This document shows positions 29,226-38,816 of a DNA stretch of 64,000 nucleotides, piece after piece (positions within the stretch are counted from its first letter, which is position 1; every line of letters begins with the position of its first letter). A model generated the notes under the pieces. The model was given only the letters and a program-made list of their open reading frames with translations, did no database searches and had not been told where the DNA came from. Origin of the DNA: an uncultured delta proteobacterium (GTDB lineage: Bacteria; Myxococcota; Myxococcia; Myxococcales; Anaeromyxobacteraceae); NCBI GenBank assembly GCA_963828255.1, contig CAWHDZ010000003.1, positions 64,001-128,000 of the forward strand. Direction: 5' to 3'. Position numbers and translations under genes: made by a program.

Positions 29226-29900
29226 TCAGGCTGTCTTCCTGGAGGCGGGTCTCCAGACGTAAAGGGCCAGCAGCACGACGAACGAGAAGCTCAGCATGAC
29301 CGCGGCGAGCCGATGTGCCTCGGCGAACTCCATGGCCTCCACGTGGTCGTAGATCTGGACCGAGGCCACGCGCGACACGCCGGGGAGGTTGCCGCCGATC
29401 ATCAAGACCACGCCGAACTCCCCGACGGTATGAGCGAAGGTCAGGATCGATGCCGTCAGGAAGCCGGGCAGGGACATCGGCACGGCCACCGTGAAGAAGG
29501 CGTCGAGTGGCGAGGCCCTCAAGGTGGCCGCGACCTCCAGGGGGCGTTTGCCCACCCCCTCGAAGGCGGTCTGCAGCGGTTGGACCATGAAGGGAAGCGA
29601 GTAAAGCACGGAGGCCACCACCAGCCCCCCGAACGTGAAGGGCAGCGGGCCAAGCCCGAGGGCCGCGGTGAACTGGCCCACCGGTCCACGCGGTCCCATG
29701 GCGAGGAGCAGGTAGAAGCCGAGCACCGAAGGCGGCAGGACCAGTGGGAGGGCCACCACGGCGCCGACCGGCCCCTTCCACCAGGTCGTCGCTCGCGCCA
29801 GCCACCACGCGATGGGCGTGCCCACCACGAGGAGGATCAACGTGACCAGGCTTGCCAGGCGGACCGTCAACCAGATGGCCTGCAGGTCACTAGGACTCAC
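29226..29900 (-). CDS. modB: Molybdate ABC transporter permease
   Basis: [38 protein letters not shown] start overlapping upstream gene. Confidence 0.95.
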   Translation of the reverse strand: MSPSDLQAIWLTVRLASLVTLILLVVGTPIAWWLARATTWWKGPVGAVVALPLVLPPSVLGFYLLLAMGPRGPVGQFTAALGLGPLPFTFGGLVVASVLYSLPFMVQPLQTAFEGVGKRPLEVAATLRASPLDAFFTVAVPMSLPGFLTASILTFAHTVGEFGVVLMIGGNLPGVSRVASVQIYDHVEAMEFAEAHRLAAVMLSFSFVVLLALYVWRPASRKTA

Positions 29901-30726
29901 CGGTCGCCTCGGCCGCACGCGCGTGCAAGAACGTCATCAGGGCTGAAACCATCAACACGCCGCCCAGCAGGCCCATCAGAAGCTGCGTCGGGACCAGGCC
30001 GAGGAGCAGGCCGCCCAGCGCCGCCCCGAGGATGGACCCCGCCACCATCCATCCCAGGAGCCGCTTCTCCCGCTTCAGCACCGAGAAGGCCTGCGCCCTG
30101 GCGTAGCGCGCGAAGCCGACCAGCATGGTGGGCAGGCTGACCGCCAGAGACAGGCTCCCCGCCACCCTGACGTCGAGACCATAGAGCAGGACGATGGTCG
30201 GGATCAGCAGCTCGCCGCCCGCCACGCCCAGCAGGGCGGCGACCACGCCGATCACGAACCCGGCGAGGAGCCCAACCACGAGGCGCACCACCCCGGCCTG
30301 GATCAGCGGCTCGCCGACGTTGTGGAGGTCCAGCCATCCCTCCGCGAGCATGACGAGCGAGAGCCCGACGAGCAGCGCCATGACGACGCGGTCGAGCCAG
30401 ACCCGCGACAGCGTGATGGCATGGTCCGCCGCCCAGCGCGCGCCCAGGAGGCTGCCTGCGAGCAGGTTCAGCACGACGTCGAGGTGCCCGAACAGAAGGG
30501 TCGGCGAGACCACCCGGGCGCGTGAGACCACGGCGACGGCGACCACTACCAGGCTGATCGCCTTGTTGAGGATGACCGCCTCGAGGGTCCCCATCCGGAA
30601 CCAGCCGACCAGCACGGGCAATCGGAACTCGGCGCCCCCGAGGCCGATCAGGCCTCCCAGCGTGCCGATGAGGGCGCCAGCGGCAAAACCCTGACCGATC
30701 CGGGCAGGAGACCTCGTGGCGTCCAT
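29890..30726 (-). CDS. TSUP (TauE/SafE) family transporter
   Basis: Duplicated [14 protein letters not shown] / [14 protein letters not shown] motifs; multi-TM. Confidence 0.85.
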   Translation of the reverse strand: MDATRSPARIGQGFAAGALIGTLGGLIGLGGAEFRLPVLVGWFRMGTLEAVILNKAISLVVVAVAVVSRARVVSPTLLFGHLDVVLNLLAGSLLGARWAADHAITLSRVWLDRVVMALLVGLSLVMLAEGWLDLHNVGEPLIQAGVVRLVVGLLAGFVIGVVAALLGVAGGELLIPTIVLLYGLDVRVAGSLSLAVSLPTMLVGFARYARAQAFSVLKREKRLLGWMVAGSILGAALGGLLLGLVPTQLLMGLLGGVLMVSALMTFLHARAAEATGES

Positions 30727-30737
30727 GAGGTCTGCCC

Positions 30738-31535
30738 CTACTTGCCGACGGACTCGCCGGGGAGCACAAAACCGTACCGCACCATGATCGCGCGGGCGGC
30801 CTTGGTGCCGAGGTAGTCCGCGAAGCGCCTGGCGAGCGCGCTCCCGGTGGCGCGCTTGGTGATGATGAACCCCTGTTCCAGCGGCTCGTGGAGCTCGGAT
30901 GGGATGAGCCAGTAGCCCCCCTTGCTGGCGAGCTCCGAGGCGAGCGCCAGGGACAGGGCGACGATGCCGACCTGTGCATTGCCGGTGAGCACGAACTGCG
31001 CGGTCTGCGCGATGTTCTCGCCGTAGACCAGCTTGGGCTCGACCTTCTCCCAGATCCCCGACGCCCGCAGCGCCTCCTCTGCGCGCCTGCCGTAGGGCGC
31101 GTGCTTCGGGTTGGCGATGGCCACGCGGGTGATCTTCGGGTCGGTGAGGCTGGCCAGGGTCATCTTGGTCGCGTCGAGGGTCGAGCTCCACAGCACGATC
31201 CGGCCGAGGGCGTACGGCGTCGCTTCGGAGGCGGCCAGGCCGTTCTTGGCGATCTCGCGGGGGAAGGCGATGTCGGCCGAAAAGAAGAGGTCGTAGGGGG
31301 CGCCTTGCTGGATCTGCGTGCTGAGTTTTCCGGAGGAGCCATAGACGACCTCGACCTCGTCGAGCGGATTCGCCTTCTTGAACTCCGACGCGATCTCGTC
31401 CAGCGCGAACTTGAGGTCGGCGGCGGCGGCGATCGTGACCTTCTCTGCGCGCGCTTCGGCCGGCAGCAGCGACGAGCCGATCACGGCCAGGACTGCAGCG
31501 AGGCGAGAAAAGGGTCGGAGGGTGGGGCGAATCAT
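30738..31535 (-). CDS. modA: Molybdate-binding periplasmic protein
   Basis: Signal peptide; IAAAADL, YGSSGKL, GAPYDLFFSAD, AIANPKHAPYG, GENIAQ; AGGAG RBS. Confidence 0.95.
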   Translation of the reverse strand: MIRPTLRPFSRLAAVLAVIGSSLLPAEARAEKVTIAAAADLKFALDEIASEFKKANPLDEVEVVYGSSGKLSTQIQQGAPYDLFFSADIAFPREIAKNGLAASEATPYALGRIVLWSSTLDATKMTLASLTDPKITRVAIANPKHAPYGRRAEEALRASGIWEKVEPKLVYGENIAQTAQFVLTGNAQVGIVALSLALASELASKGGYWLIPSELHEPLEQGFIITKRATGSALARRFADYLGTKAARAIMVRYGFVLPGESVGK

Positions 31536-31639
31536 GCTAGCTCCTGAGCCTGGGGACTGAGAACATCCACATACCACGAGCCACGGGGTGGCCCGGGGTG
31601 CCGTATGCGGGCCGGAATGTGGAGCGCGCTGTCGAAAGA

Positions 31640-31965
31640 TCAGGACGCCTGCTCGGCTCCCGCGCACGAAGCCGCCAGCGCCTGCTCGGCCGCGCGTCGC
31701 AGGATCCCCGCCACCACCTCGCGCGACGCAGCGGAGTGCGCCGCGCGCTCGGCGACGTTGGCCCCCGCCTCCGTGAACAGCTCCATCTGAACCGGTGGAA
31801 GCTCAACCTCGCAAGCAGCCCGCAGTCCACCAGCAGTCCACGCATCGCGTCCAGGTGCCTCTTCGTGCGGCGCGTGCGATCCAGCCGGATCCCCCGCTCC
31901 AACGAAATCAGCAGGTTGACGCTCCGTGCAGTCCGGTGAAGCGCGTGCGATCGGCCCCGGCTCGA
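31640..31965 (-). other. Alternative 3' segment of int, in frame with it across the att core after excision
   Basis: ORF 31640-32011 begins with the same MVGETGFEPATPWSR core peptide as int and continues 108 codons. Confidence 0.65.
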
Positions 31966-32010
31966 TTCGGGACCAAGGGGTCGCAGGTTCAAATCCTGTC
32001 TCCCCGACCA
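31966..32010 (+). repeat. att core copy 2 (attR of element 1 / left end of element 2)
   Basis: Exact 45-bp copy of the tRNA-Pro 3' part. Confidence 0.95.
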
Positions 32011-32014
32011 TCTA

Positions 32015-32063
32015 ACGCCTCGGAGTTCCTAGCGAAAGCGGGAGTTCCGGGGCGTCTTTATTT
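32015..32063 (+). terminator. Intrinsic terminator after att copy 2
   Basis: ACGCCTCGGAGTTCCT...GGGAGTTCCGGGGCGT stem (G-U pairs, GAAA loop) then CTTTATTT. Confidence 0.7.
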
Positions 32064-32080
32064 CGCGGACAACAGGCACT

Positions 32081-32102
32081 CCGCACCACTAATGCACCAA
32101 AC
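32081..32102 (+). repeat. Putative integrase arm-type site (GCACCA twice, 11-bp period)
   Basis: CCGCACCACTAATGCACCAAAC; identical at 61621-61642, one mismatch at 61872-61893. Confidence 0.7.
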
Positions 32103-32199
32103 TATCGCGGGACCGCGTGCCGTCGCCGCGCCGGGCCCATGCTAGAACCCGCTTAAACATTGGGTTCCGTGATCTGATCCGGCCCGCGCGACCCGTGAC

Positions 32200-32223
32200 C
32201 ACTTGGGCCGGAGCCAAGGGGTC
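32200..32223 (+). repeat. Secondary attB-like core with altered 7-nt spacer
   Basis: CACTTGG-GCCGGAG-CCAAGGGGTC versus tRNA CACTTGG-TTCGGGA-CCAAGGGGTC. Confidence 0.6.
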
Positions 32224-32491
32224 AGGGGTCCTCGGAAGCTTAATAACTGCGATAATTTAGCCGCCGTCACCTTCCCCGAGGCAAAGCGATGCACGGATTG
32301 CCCCTGTCGCCGTCCGCCACGGTAGCGACACGAACCCAGCGCTGGGAGTCGGCACTCTGTCCCCGATGACGGAGCCACGGGGTGTGAGCATCCGAGCCCA
32401 AAAGGGTATGGGTGGTCGAAGGCTGGACAGAGCGGCTCAACAGTCGTGACATCCCGGGTGGGTGGCCAAGTTGGGCCCACCGGGACGGCCG

Positions 32492-35146
32492 ATGCTCGTC
32501 GCGCAACTCGACTACATCTACTTCTTCTTCGGGCTGGTCCTCTTCCTGCTCGGGTCGGTCTGCGTTTCGATGTCGCGGTCGGCACCGGTCCGAACTCCTT
32601 GGTGGCTGCTCGGAACCTTCGCCTTCGTCCACGGCGCGGGCGAGTGGCTTCAGTTACTCGCGCTGACCGGCGTCGACTCCGACCCATTCCGTCTTGCCCG
32701 GACCCTCGTCATCGGAACGAGCTTCGTCGTCCTGATGGAATTCGCCCGGAGGACGACCGGCGCTCTCGGCGGGACGACGCCGGGATCCTGGGTCTATCTC
32801 CCGACGGTCGCACCGGTCATCGGCATCGCGTTGACCGTGGGGCCGGAAAGCCTGGATTCCGCCGTTCGCCTGTTCATTGGGGCGCCAGCCAGTTTCTGGA
32901 CGGCGTGGCTATTCTTCGTGGCCGCCTCGCGCACCGAGGACCTCGGAGGAGGAGAGGCGTCGTGGCGCGCGCGCATCGCTGGCGGCATGTTCTTCGTCGC
33001 GTTCGGTGTGGCGGCGGGGCTCGTCGTCCCGCCGGCTCCCTACCTCACGGAACACTGGCCGAACCCGGCCGCCTTCCTGGCGTGGACGGGGATCCCCGTG
33101 CAGCTCGTCCGGGCCCTTCTCGTGGGCGGGATGGCGCTTTCCGTCTGGGCGCTGGCGGTGTCCTTCGATCCGAAGGGGCGTGTCCTTCGGAAGAAGCGGG
33201 TCCTCTTCTGGGCTATGGCATCCGCCATCGTGGCGCTCCTCGCCGCGGGATGGATCTTCACGGACAGGCTGGGGCGCCTCCACGAGCAGGACGTGATCCA
33301 CGACGCCGAGTCGTTCGCGTCCCAGACCTACGACCACCTGGTCATGGAGATGCAGGGGGCGGAGCGGGAGGCGCGAACCCTCGCCGAGCTGCTCGGCAGG
33401 TATCACGTCTCCTCGGCGGGACTCGACGTGTCCCGGCTCGACGGCGTGGTGGACTCGTTCGCGCTCGGCTCTGCCGACCGTGTCGTGTACGTGCTCGATG
33501 CCACGGGCCGGACCATCGCGACGTCCAACCGGGGTGAGGCGGATAGCTTCCTGGGGAAGAGCTTCGCCAGGCGCCCGTACTTCGAGGCATCGCGAGACGG
33601 TCGTCCCGGCCGCTTCACCGGGGTCGGGCTTGTGAGCCACGTACCGGGGTACTACGCGAGCGAGCCGGTGCGGGATGGGGCGGGGCGCGTGGTGGCGGTG
33701 GCGGTCGTGAAGCAGAACCTCGCCATGGGGCAACTCGGGCCCCCGGGAACCGACGAGTCGAGCATCGTCGCGTCCGACGGGCGGGTCGTGGTCGCCAGCC
33801 GGCCCGGCGCGTCGGGGCGGCGTCTCTGGCCCCCTCCGGTGCGAACGTCGAGAGACGCGGCCAGCGGCGAGGGCGAGCCCCCACCCGTCCTCGATCGCGA
33901 GGTCACGGGGACGGAATGGGTGTCCTTGGATGGCCAAAAGCACGTGGCCGTTCGCCGCCCGATCCCGAACTCCGACTGGTCGCTCGTCTCCTTCAAGAGG
34001 GAGCGGACCCAGGTCGCGAATCGTCTCCTCGGAATCGTCATCACGCTCCTTCTCTGCGCCGTCGTGCTCACCTACTTCGTGGCGATGCAGCGCCAGCTGA
34101 GCGCGGAGTCGTACATCACGGGCAAGCGGCGCGAGGCGGAGGGGCGTGCCAGGGAGATGGCGAAGCGTGCCGACACGGACGCGCTGACGGGCGTCCTCAA
34201 CCGTATGGGATTCAACGACGCGATGTCACGGGAGCTCAGCCGGGCGCGGCGATACGGCCAGACCCTGTCCGTCGCCATCGTCGACATCGACCACTTCAAG
34301 AGGGTGAACGACGAGTTTGGCCATCCCGTGGGCGACCAGGTCCTCGCCCGCACGGCGAAGCTACTCTCCTCCTGCGTGAGGGAGTCGGACACCGTGGCGC
34401 GCTGGGGAGGGGAGGAGTTCGCTCTGATCGCGCCGATGACCACCGAGGAGGGAGCGGCCAGCTTGGCGGAGAAGCTCCGCTCCATCATGGCGGCCACCCA
34501 CCTTGGGCCGAGGGAGCCGATCACGGCGAGCTTCGGCGTAGCCGAGATGAGCCCGGACGACACGGTCGAGACCCTTCTGCAGCGCGCCGACGAGGCCCTT
34601 TACCGGGCGAAGCAGGCGGGCCGGAACCGGGTGAGTCGAGCTGCAGCGGTGCAAGGGTCCTCCGCTCAGGCCCCGGCCATCCCCGAGGGCGAGGAGCCCG
34701 TCCGGGAACGGACGTACGCGAACACTGGTTTCGGGCCCATCGATGACGAGCACGAGGCTCTCGATCACGCGCTCGACGCATTCGTCAAGACCGTGAACTC
34801 CGGGAAGGTCGCCGAGGTTCGTGTCGCCTTGGACGAGTTGATCCTCGGAATCGAAAGCCACTTCGCTCACGAAGAGAGGCTGATGTCGAAGCATGCCTAC
34901 CCCAACCAGAAGCAACACGGGGATGGGCACACGTCCTTCGTCGTCGACATGCGAAAGGCTGGAAGGGAACTGGAGAGGGACGAAGTGTCCCCGGATTTCC
35001 GGCGTTGGGCGGTGACCCGGCTTCCGGACTGGTTCCGCTTCCACATCCTGACGCACGACATCGGATTGGGTCAGTTCCTCCTCAGGGTGGGAGCGTCCCA
35101 GAAGGAGCCGGCGGCGAACGTCCTCGAGGACGGAATGTCCCGATAG
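32492..35146 (+). CDS. Membrane sensor diguanylate cyclase (multi-TM, Cache-like, GGDEF) with C-terminal hemerythrin
   Basis: DALTGVLNR, DIDHFKRVND, RESD I-site, RWGGEEF; hemerythrin DDEH, HFAHEE, HGDGH, HILTHD. Confidence 0.9.
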   Translation: MLVAQLDYIYFFFGLVLFLLGSVCVSMSRSAPVRTPWWLLGTFAFVHGAGEWLQLLALTGVDSDPFRLARTLVIGTSFVVLMEFARRTTGALGGTTPGSWVYLPTVAPVIGIALTVGPESLDSAVRLFIGAPASFWTAWLFFVAASRTEDLGGGEASWRARIAGGMFFVAFGVAAGLVVPPAPYLTEHWPNPAAFLAWTGIPVQLVRALLVGGMALSVWALAVSFDPKGRVLRKKRVLFWAMASAIVALLAAGWIFTDRLGRLHEQDVIHDAESFASQTYDHLVMEMQGAEREARTLAELLGRYHVSSAGLDVSRLDGVVDSFALGSADRVVYVLDATGRTIATSNRGEADSFLGKSFARRPYFEASRDGRPGRFTGVGLVSHVPGYYASEPVRDGAGRVVAVAVVKQNLAMGQLGPPGTDESSIVASDGRVVVASRPGASGRRLWPPPVRTSRDAASGEGEPPPVLDREVTGTEWVSLDGQKHVAVRRPIPNSDWSLVSFKRERTQVANRLLGIVITLLLCAVVLTYFVAMQRQLSAESYITGKRREAEGRAREMAKRADTDALTGVLNRMGFNDAMSRELSRARRYGQTLSVAIVDIDHFKRVNDEFGHPVGDQVLARTAKLLSSCVRESDTVARWGGEEFALIAPMTTEEGAASLAEKLRSIMAATHLGPREPITASFGVAEMSPDDTVETLLQRADEALYRAKQAGRNRVSRAAAVQGSSAQAPAIPEGEEPVRERTYANTGFGPIDDEHEALDHALDAFVKTVNSGKVAEVRVALDELILGIESHFAHEERLMSKHAYPNQKQHGDGHTSFVVDMRKAGRELERDEVSPDFRRWAVTRLPDWFRFHILTHDIGLGQFLLRVGASQKEPAANVLEDGMSR

Positions 35147-35173
35147 GAAGCCGCGACCGGGTCCTCGGGCGCG

Positions 35174-36016
35174 TCATTGCGGACGTGACGCGAGGAGGGG
35201 GTCGTCCTTCGCGACGTAAACCACGCCCTCCTCGTCCGACTCCTCGTCGAGCCCGGCGAGCGCGGCGAACTCCTCGCGTCGCTCCTCGTCCAGGCCGAAG
35301 AGCTCGACTCCCACGCCCGCCCGCTCAGGGGGATGCGCAACACGGCGTCTAACGACCGTATCCACCGCGAAGGTCTGACCCGTGAGCGGGTGCGTGACGA
35401 GCAGCCGGAGTTCCGACCCGATCGGAACGTCGAGTGCGGTACGCAGGAACATGCCGCCACGCGACACGTCTTCCGTCACCACCGCCTGTAGGTCCTTGAC
35501 GGACTGAGCTCTAACCGATAGCGCCCTGTGAACGCGTGGGAACTGCCGGTTCACGGCGTCGAGGGCGGTCGCGACGGGCGTCACCGGCGCTTCGAGGCTT
35601 TCCGGGTAGGTCTTCGCCACCCACCGGACGAAGCGTTCCCACCGCTGTCGAGCCTCGCCGTTCACGGCGTAGAGCTGGAGTCCGACGCCCGGCGCGCGAC
35701 CCAGGGCGCCCGCCGGAACCACGAACACGGCCATCGCGTGCACGGTGAGCGCTTCGTCCTCGGGCGGGAGCTTCAGCTTCACCTGGAGCAACTGGCGGAG
35801 CGTGGGAGGGTCGTCGGTGCGGAGGAAGAGACCCCTGTAACCGACGTCGCCCGTGAGCAGCGTCGCTTCTCGCGTTCCGCGCACGAGGACCGCGGGCATC
35901 TGGTAGCGGTACCGCCTGTCCCGCCGCTTCTCGACCCCGCTCAAGGTAGGCCTCCGGCGAGCAGGGTAGCCGATCAGAGCGACTCCGTTCGGCGCGTCTT
36001 GCGGGAGTCGCTCCAC
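35174..36016 (-). CDS. Tandem PilZ-domain protein
   Basis: RRDRRYR...DVGYRGLF and RQFPRV...DVSRGGMF; true start may be further in. Confidence 0.8.
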   Translation of the reverse strand: MERLPQDAPNGVALIGYPARRRPTLSGVEKRRDRRYRYQMPAVLVRGTREATLLTGDVGYRGLFLRTDDPPTLRQLLQVKLKLPPEDEALTVHAMAVFVVPAGALGRAPGVGLQLYAVNGEARQRWERFVRWVAKTYPESLEAPVTPVATALDAVNRQFPRVHRALSVRAQSVKDLQAVVTEDVSRGGMFLRTALDVPIGSELRLLVTHPLTGQTFAVDTVVRRRVAHPPERAGVGVELFGLDEERREEFAALAGLDEESDEEGVVYVAKDDPLLASRPQ

Positions 36017-36036
36017 GTCCTCCCCGCGTCTGCGCC

Positions 36037-36458
36037 ATGGGATGGCTCCCCGGCACCGTGGCAGAGCGAGCCCAGGTTCGTGTCGAGGCGGCTGAAGTCC
36101 CGGACGCGATGGCCTCGGAAGTTCAGATCGAGCAGGTGCTGGTGAACCTCGTCGTCAACGCCGCCCTCGCGATTCCCGACGGAAGACGGGGCGAGATCGT
36201 GATCCGCGTCAATCCAGGTGCGCTCGGGATGGTAAGACTGGAAGTTTCAGACAACGGGAAGGGGATGCCCCCCAACCTCATGGAGCGGATCTTCGAGCCG
36301 TTCTTCACCACCCGCTCGCAGGGGAAGGGAACTGGCCTCGGGCTATCCTTTGGCACGCCATCGTGGCGGCCCACGGGGGGACGCTCACCGTCGAGAGCGA
36401 AGTAGGAATGGGGTCGACGTTCCGCGTAGAATTGCCTGTCGCGCCGACCACGACGTGA
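36037..36458 (+). pseudogene. Histidine kinase HATPase_c fragment, 5'-truncated and frameshifted
   Basis: [33 protein letters not shown], then a shift near 36350 to [26 protein letters not shown]; no HisKA. Confidence 0.85.
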
Positions 36459-36792
36459 CCGAGAGCTAAGGAGGAAGCGGCCCTCCCCTCCCGCAGTGAC
36501 CAACGCAAACCAACATCGAGAGGATACACTCGTAGGAGTCGGGGCACGCCGCGCTGTCCACAGCACATCCTGCGACCCGGGGTCTGGTACATCCGGGCCG
36601 GAGGGGAGTAAGAATGCGGCGATTTGCCCCCAATTGATCATCTGATTCTGAGGACAGCTTCACGGTGACCTAATCAAAACTGCCGGTGCGATGCGACCTA
36701 CCCTTGGCGTCCTGAAGGCGAATGGGCTCCGCTCCAAAGTCCTGGACCTTGTCGAGCAGGCCGTCATGGGCCTGCCCACCAGGAGAACCCAC

Positions 36793-38166
36793 ATGATGAG
36801 ACTATGCCCGGTCGCCTTCTCGACGTTGCTCGCTACTCTCATCCTGCTCGCACTGCCTGGCGAGGCCATGGCCCAGGCAAGCGGCGTGCTTTTTCCGCCG
36901 AGCATCGCCATCACGAATTACGACCGGGTACTCGTCGGCCAGGAGGAGGCGCTGGAGGCAGGTGCCTTCGTGGCGCGGGTGGGTGACACCACCTCGGGCT
37001 GGTACAACCCGGCGGGCATGGCCAGCGTGACCCGGAGCGCGATCGGTGCTAGCGCCAGCGGCTTCGAGACCGACGTCCTAGGCTTGCAAGGCGTGGGCAA
37101 ACAGCGCGGAGGCGGGATGACCATCTACCAGCTTCCCTCCTTCTTCGGTGCGGTGCTGGGCCGGGACGTAATTGACTCGGAGTACTGGCGGATCGGTCTT
37201 ACCATCACGAAGCCGACCTCCTGGAACCAGGAAATCGTCGGCGGGCTCGCTGGGACCAGGACCGTCCTCTATTCCTCCCACGTCAACCTCTCGACCCTCG
37301 TCCCGACCTTCTCGGCGAGCTACTCGCCCTTCCCGGCGTTGCGTTTCGGCGCCGGGATCGGCGTGGCAATCACCTCGCTCTCGGAGGTCCAGTCCTTCAC
37401 GGAGCAGGTGGCACAGCCCGCCTCCGCAATTGGGTTCCTCCGGACGCTTGACGGAAGCGGGTCGATCTGGAATCTGACCGGAACGCTCGGCGTGCAGTGG
37501 GACGTGATGGATCACGTCGTCCTGGGAGCCATGGTCCGCCTCCCGGGCCTGAAGATCGTCCAGAGCGGGAGACTCTCCTACTCCAATTTCGACGCTCGGA
37601 GCACGCCCTGGAACCAGACCACGTTCAACGACCAGGACGCCACCTTCGACTACCGCCTGCCGTTCGACGGGAACGTCGGCCTGGCGTGGCGCTCCAGGAA
37701 CTTCGAGATCGAGGCCGACCTGCGGTTCCACAGCGCAATCTCCCCGTATACCCTGCTCGCTAGCAACCAGCCAATCTCGGTTACCTCGACCGACCTCGCG
37801 GGGAACCCGGTGTTCTCGACTCAGACTTTCCCCGGCGTGACCAACGGTGCCCGCGCCGTCTGGAACGTAGCGGTCGGGGGGCGCTACAACCTGAACGAGA
37901 CGTGGAGCTTCCATGGGGGCTTCTTCACCGACGGCTCCCCCACCGATCAAGCCGGGGAGAATCTCTTCCGGAGCGTCGACATGTACGGGGTCACCTTGGG
38001 CGCGAAGATCCGCAGCGATCACCTGTCGGGCTCGCTCGGTTTCGGCTACGCCTGGGGCAGTTCGCCGGAGTTCTCCTTCAACGACACCGCGAGCGGCACG
38101 CCGATCACGACCCGGCTCACCATCACGAGCCTGAGCCTCCTGTACGCCGTCGCGTACAAGTTCTGA
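36793..38166 (+). CDS. Outer-membrane beta-barrel, FadL-like
   Basis: AGGAG RBS, signal peptide, GAFVA...WYNPAG motif, amphipathic strands, C-terminal YKF. Confidence 0.72.
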   Translation: MMRLCPVAFSTLLATLILLALPGEAMAQASGVLFPPSIAITNYDRVLVGQEEALEAGAFVARVGDTTSGWYNPAGMASVTRSAIGASASGFETDVLGLQGVGKQRGGGMTIYQLPSFFGAVLGRDVIDSEYWRIGLTITKPTSWNQEIVGGLAGTRTVLYSSHVNLSTLVPTFSASYSPFPALRFGAGIGVAITSLSEVQSFTEQVAQPASAIGFLRTLDGSGSIWNLTGTLGVQWDVMDHVVLGAMVRLPGLKIVQSGRLSYSNFDARSTPWNQTTFNDQDATFDYRLPFDGNVGLAWRSRNFEIEADLRFHSAISPYTLLASNQPISVTSTDLAGNPVFSTQTFPGVTNGARAVWNVAVGGRYNLNETWSFHGGFFTDGSPTDQAGENLFRSVDMYGVTLGAKIRSDHLSGSLGFGYAWGSSPEFSFNDTASGTPITTRLTITSLSLLYAVAYKF

Positions 38167-38274
38167 GCGGCGCGATGCAGCGGGCCAAACGATGGGGAGG
38201 TTACGCTCACACGCCCGCAAGGCACGAATCGGCGCGGGGCGTCGGTCGGGCGGACGCCGAATGAACTGGCTTCT

Positions 38275-38528
38275 AGGAGTCGACCATCGACTACGTGCCA
38301 GATCGGGCCCCAGTCGGAGGACACGGTTGGCCGGTTCCGCGTGGGTGGCGACATTTACATCGGCACGAACTCGGATCTAGGCGGCGCATTCCGCATCGGC
38401 GGTGGCGCCTCGTTCCTGAATTCCAACCCGTTTGTCATTGGCCTCGACATAGTCCTCGAGGATGGCGGCTACAGCGCTACTGGATTAGCGGACTCCAACT
38501 CGTCGCCTCCCCCGAGCTCCACTCCTAG
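38275..38528 (+). pseudogene. Decayed 3' fragment homologous to the gene at 50681-51328
   Basis: DTVGRFRVGGDIYIG...GGAFRIGGGASFLN...YWISGLQLVASPELHS matches DTVGRFRVGAGLYIG...GGTFRIGGGASFLN...YWIGGLQLQVSPEFHF, with frameshifts. Confidence 0.8.
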
Positions 38529-38816
38529 TCGTACCGCCCTCACTCAGATCGGAGATTCACATGAGAAAGTTGCTCGGGGCCTTCCCAAGCTCATCGAGTT
38601 TCAAGCCAACGTCGATCCCGATCGTCTCCTCGCCCTGGGCAAGCAGGCCGGGCTCGTCAAGAGTGCCGGCACTGCGAGCGAGGCCGGAGCGTGGGCTTGC
38701 TTGGTCTATGTGAATTGGAAGTGAGGCCCGGTGTGTGCGGTCACTGCAGCAGAGGCGAACGCTTCCCCCTCCGTCAGGTTCGGCGCAGGTACAGGAGTCG
38801 AGCCGAAGGAGCCACC

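Larger units (their letters stand above)
23548..32010. mobile_element. Element 1: tRNA-Pro-integrated element with int, xis, replication-relaxation protein, RHH-like protein, VapBC and mod cargo
   Basis: Bounded by exact 45-bp direct repeats; integrase next to the tRNA; all genes on the minus strand. Confidence 0.9.

Noticed and set aside
31536..31640. Moco riboswitch or ModE box upstream of modA
   Set aside because: Stems are present but I cannot match the consensus; needs an Rfam covariance search.
31966..32010. Additional tRNA-Pro genes at att copies 2 and 3
   Set aside because: Only the 3' 45 nt are present; the D-arm and 5' acceptor strand are missing.
23548..32010. Prophage
   Set aside because: No structural, packaging or lysis genes.
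32260..32491. c-di-GMP riboswitch upstream of the cyclase
   Set aside because: No recognisable GEMM architecture.
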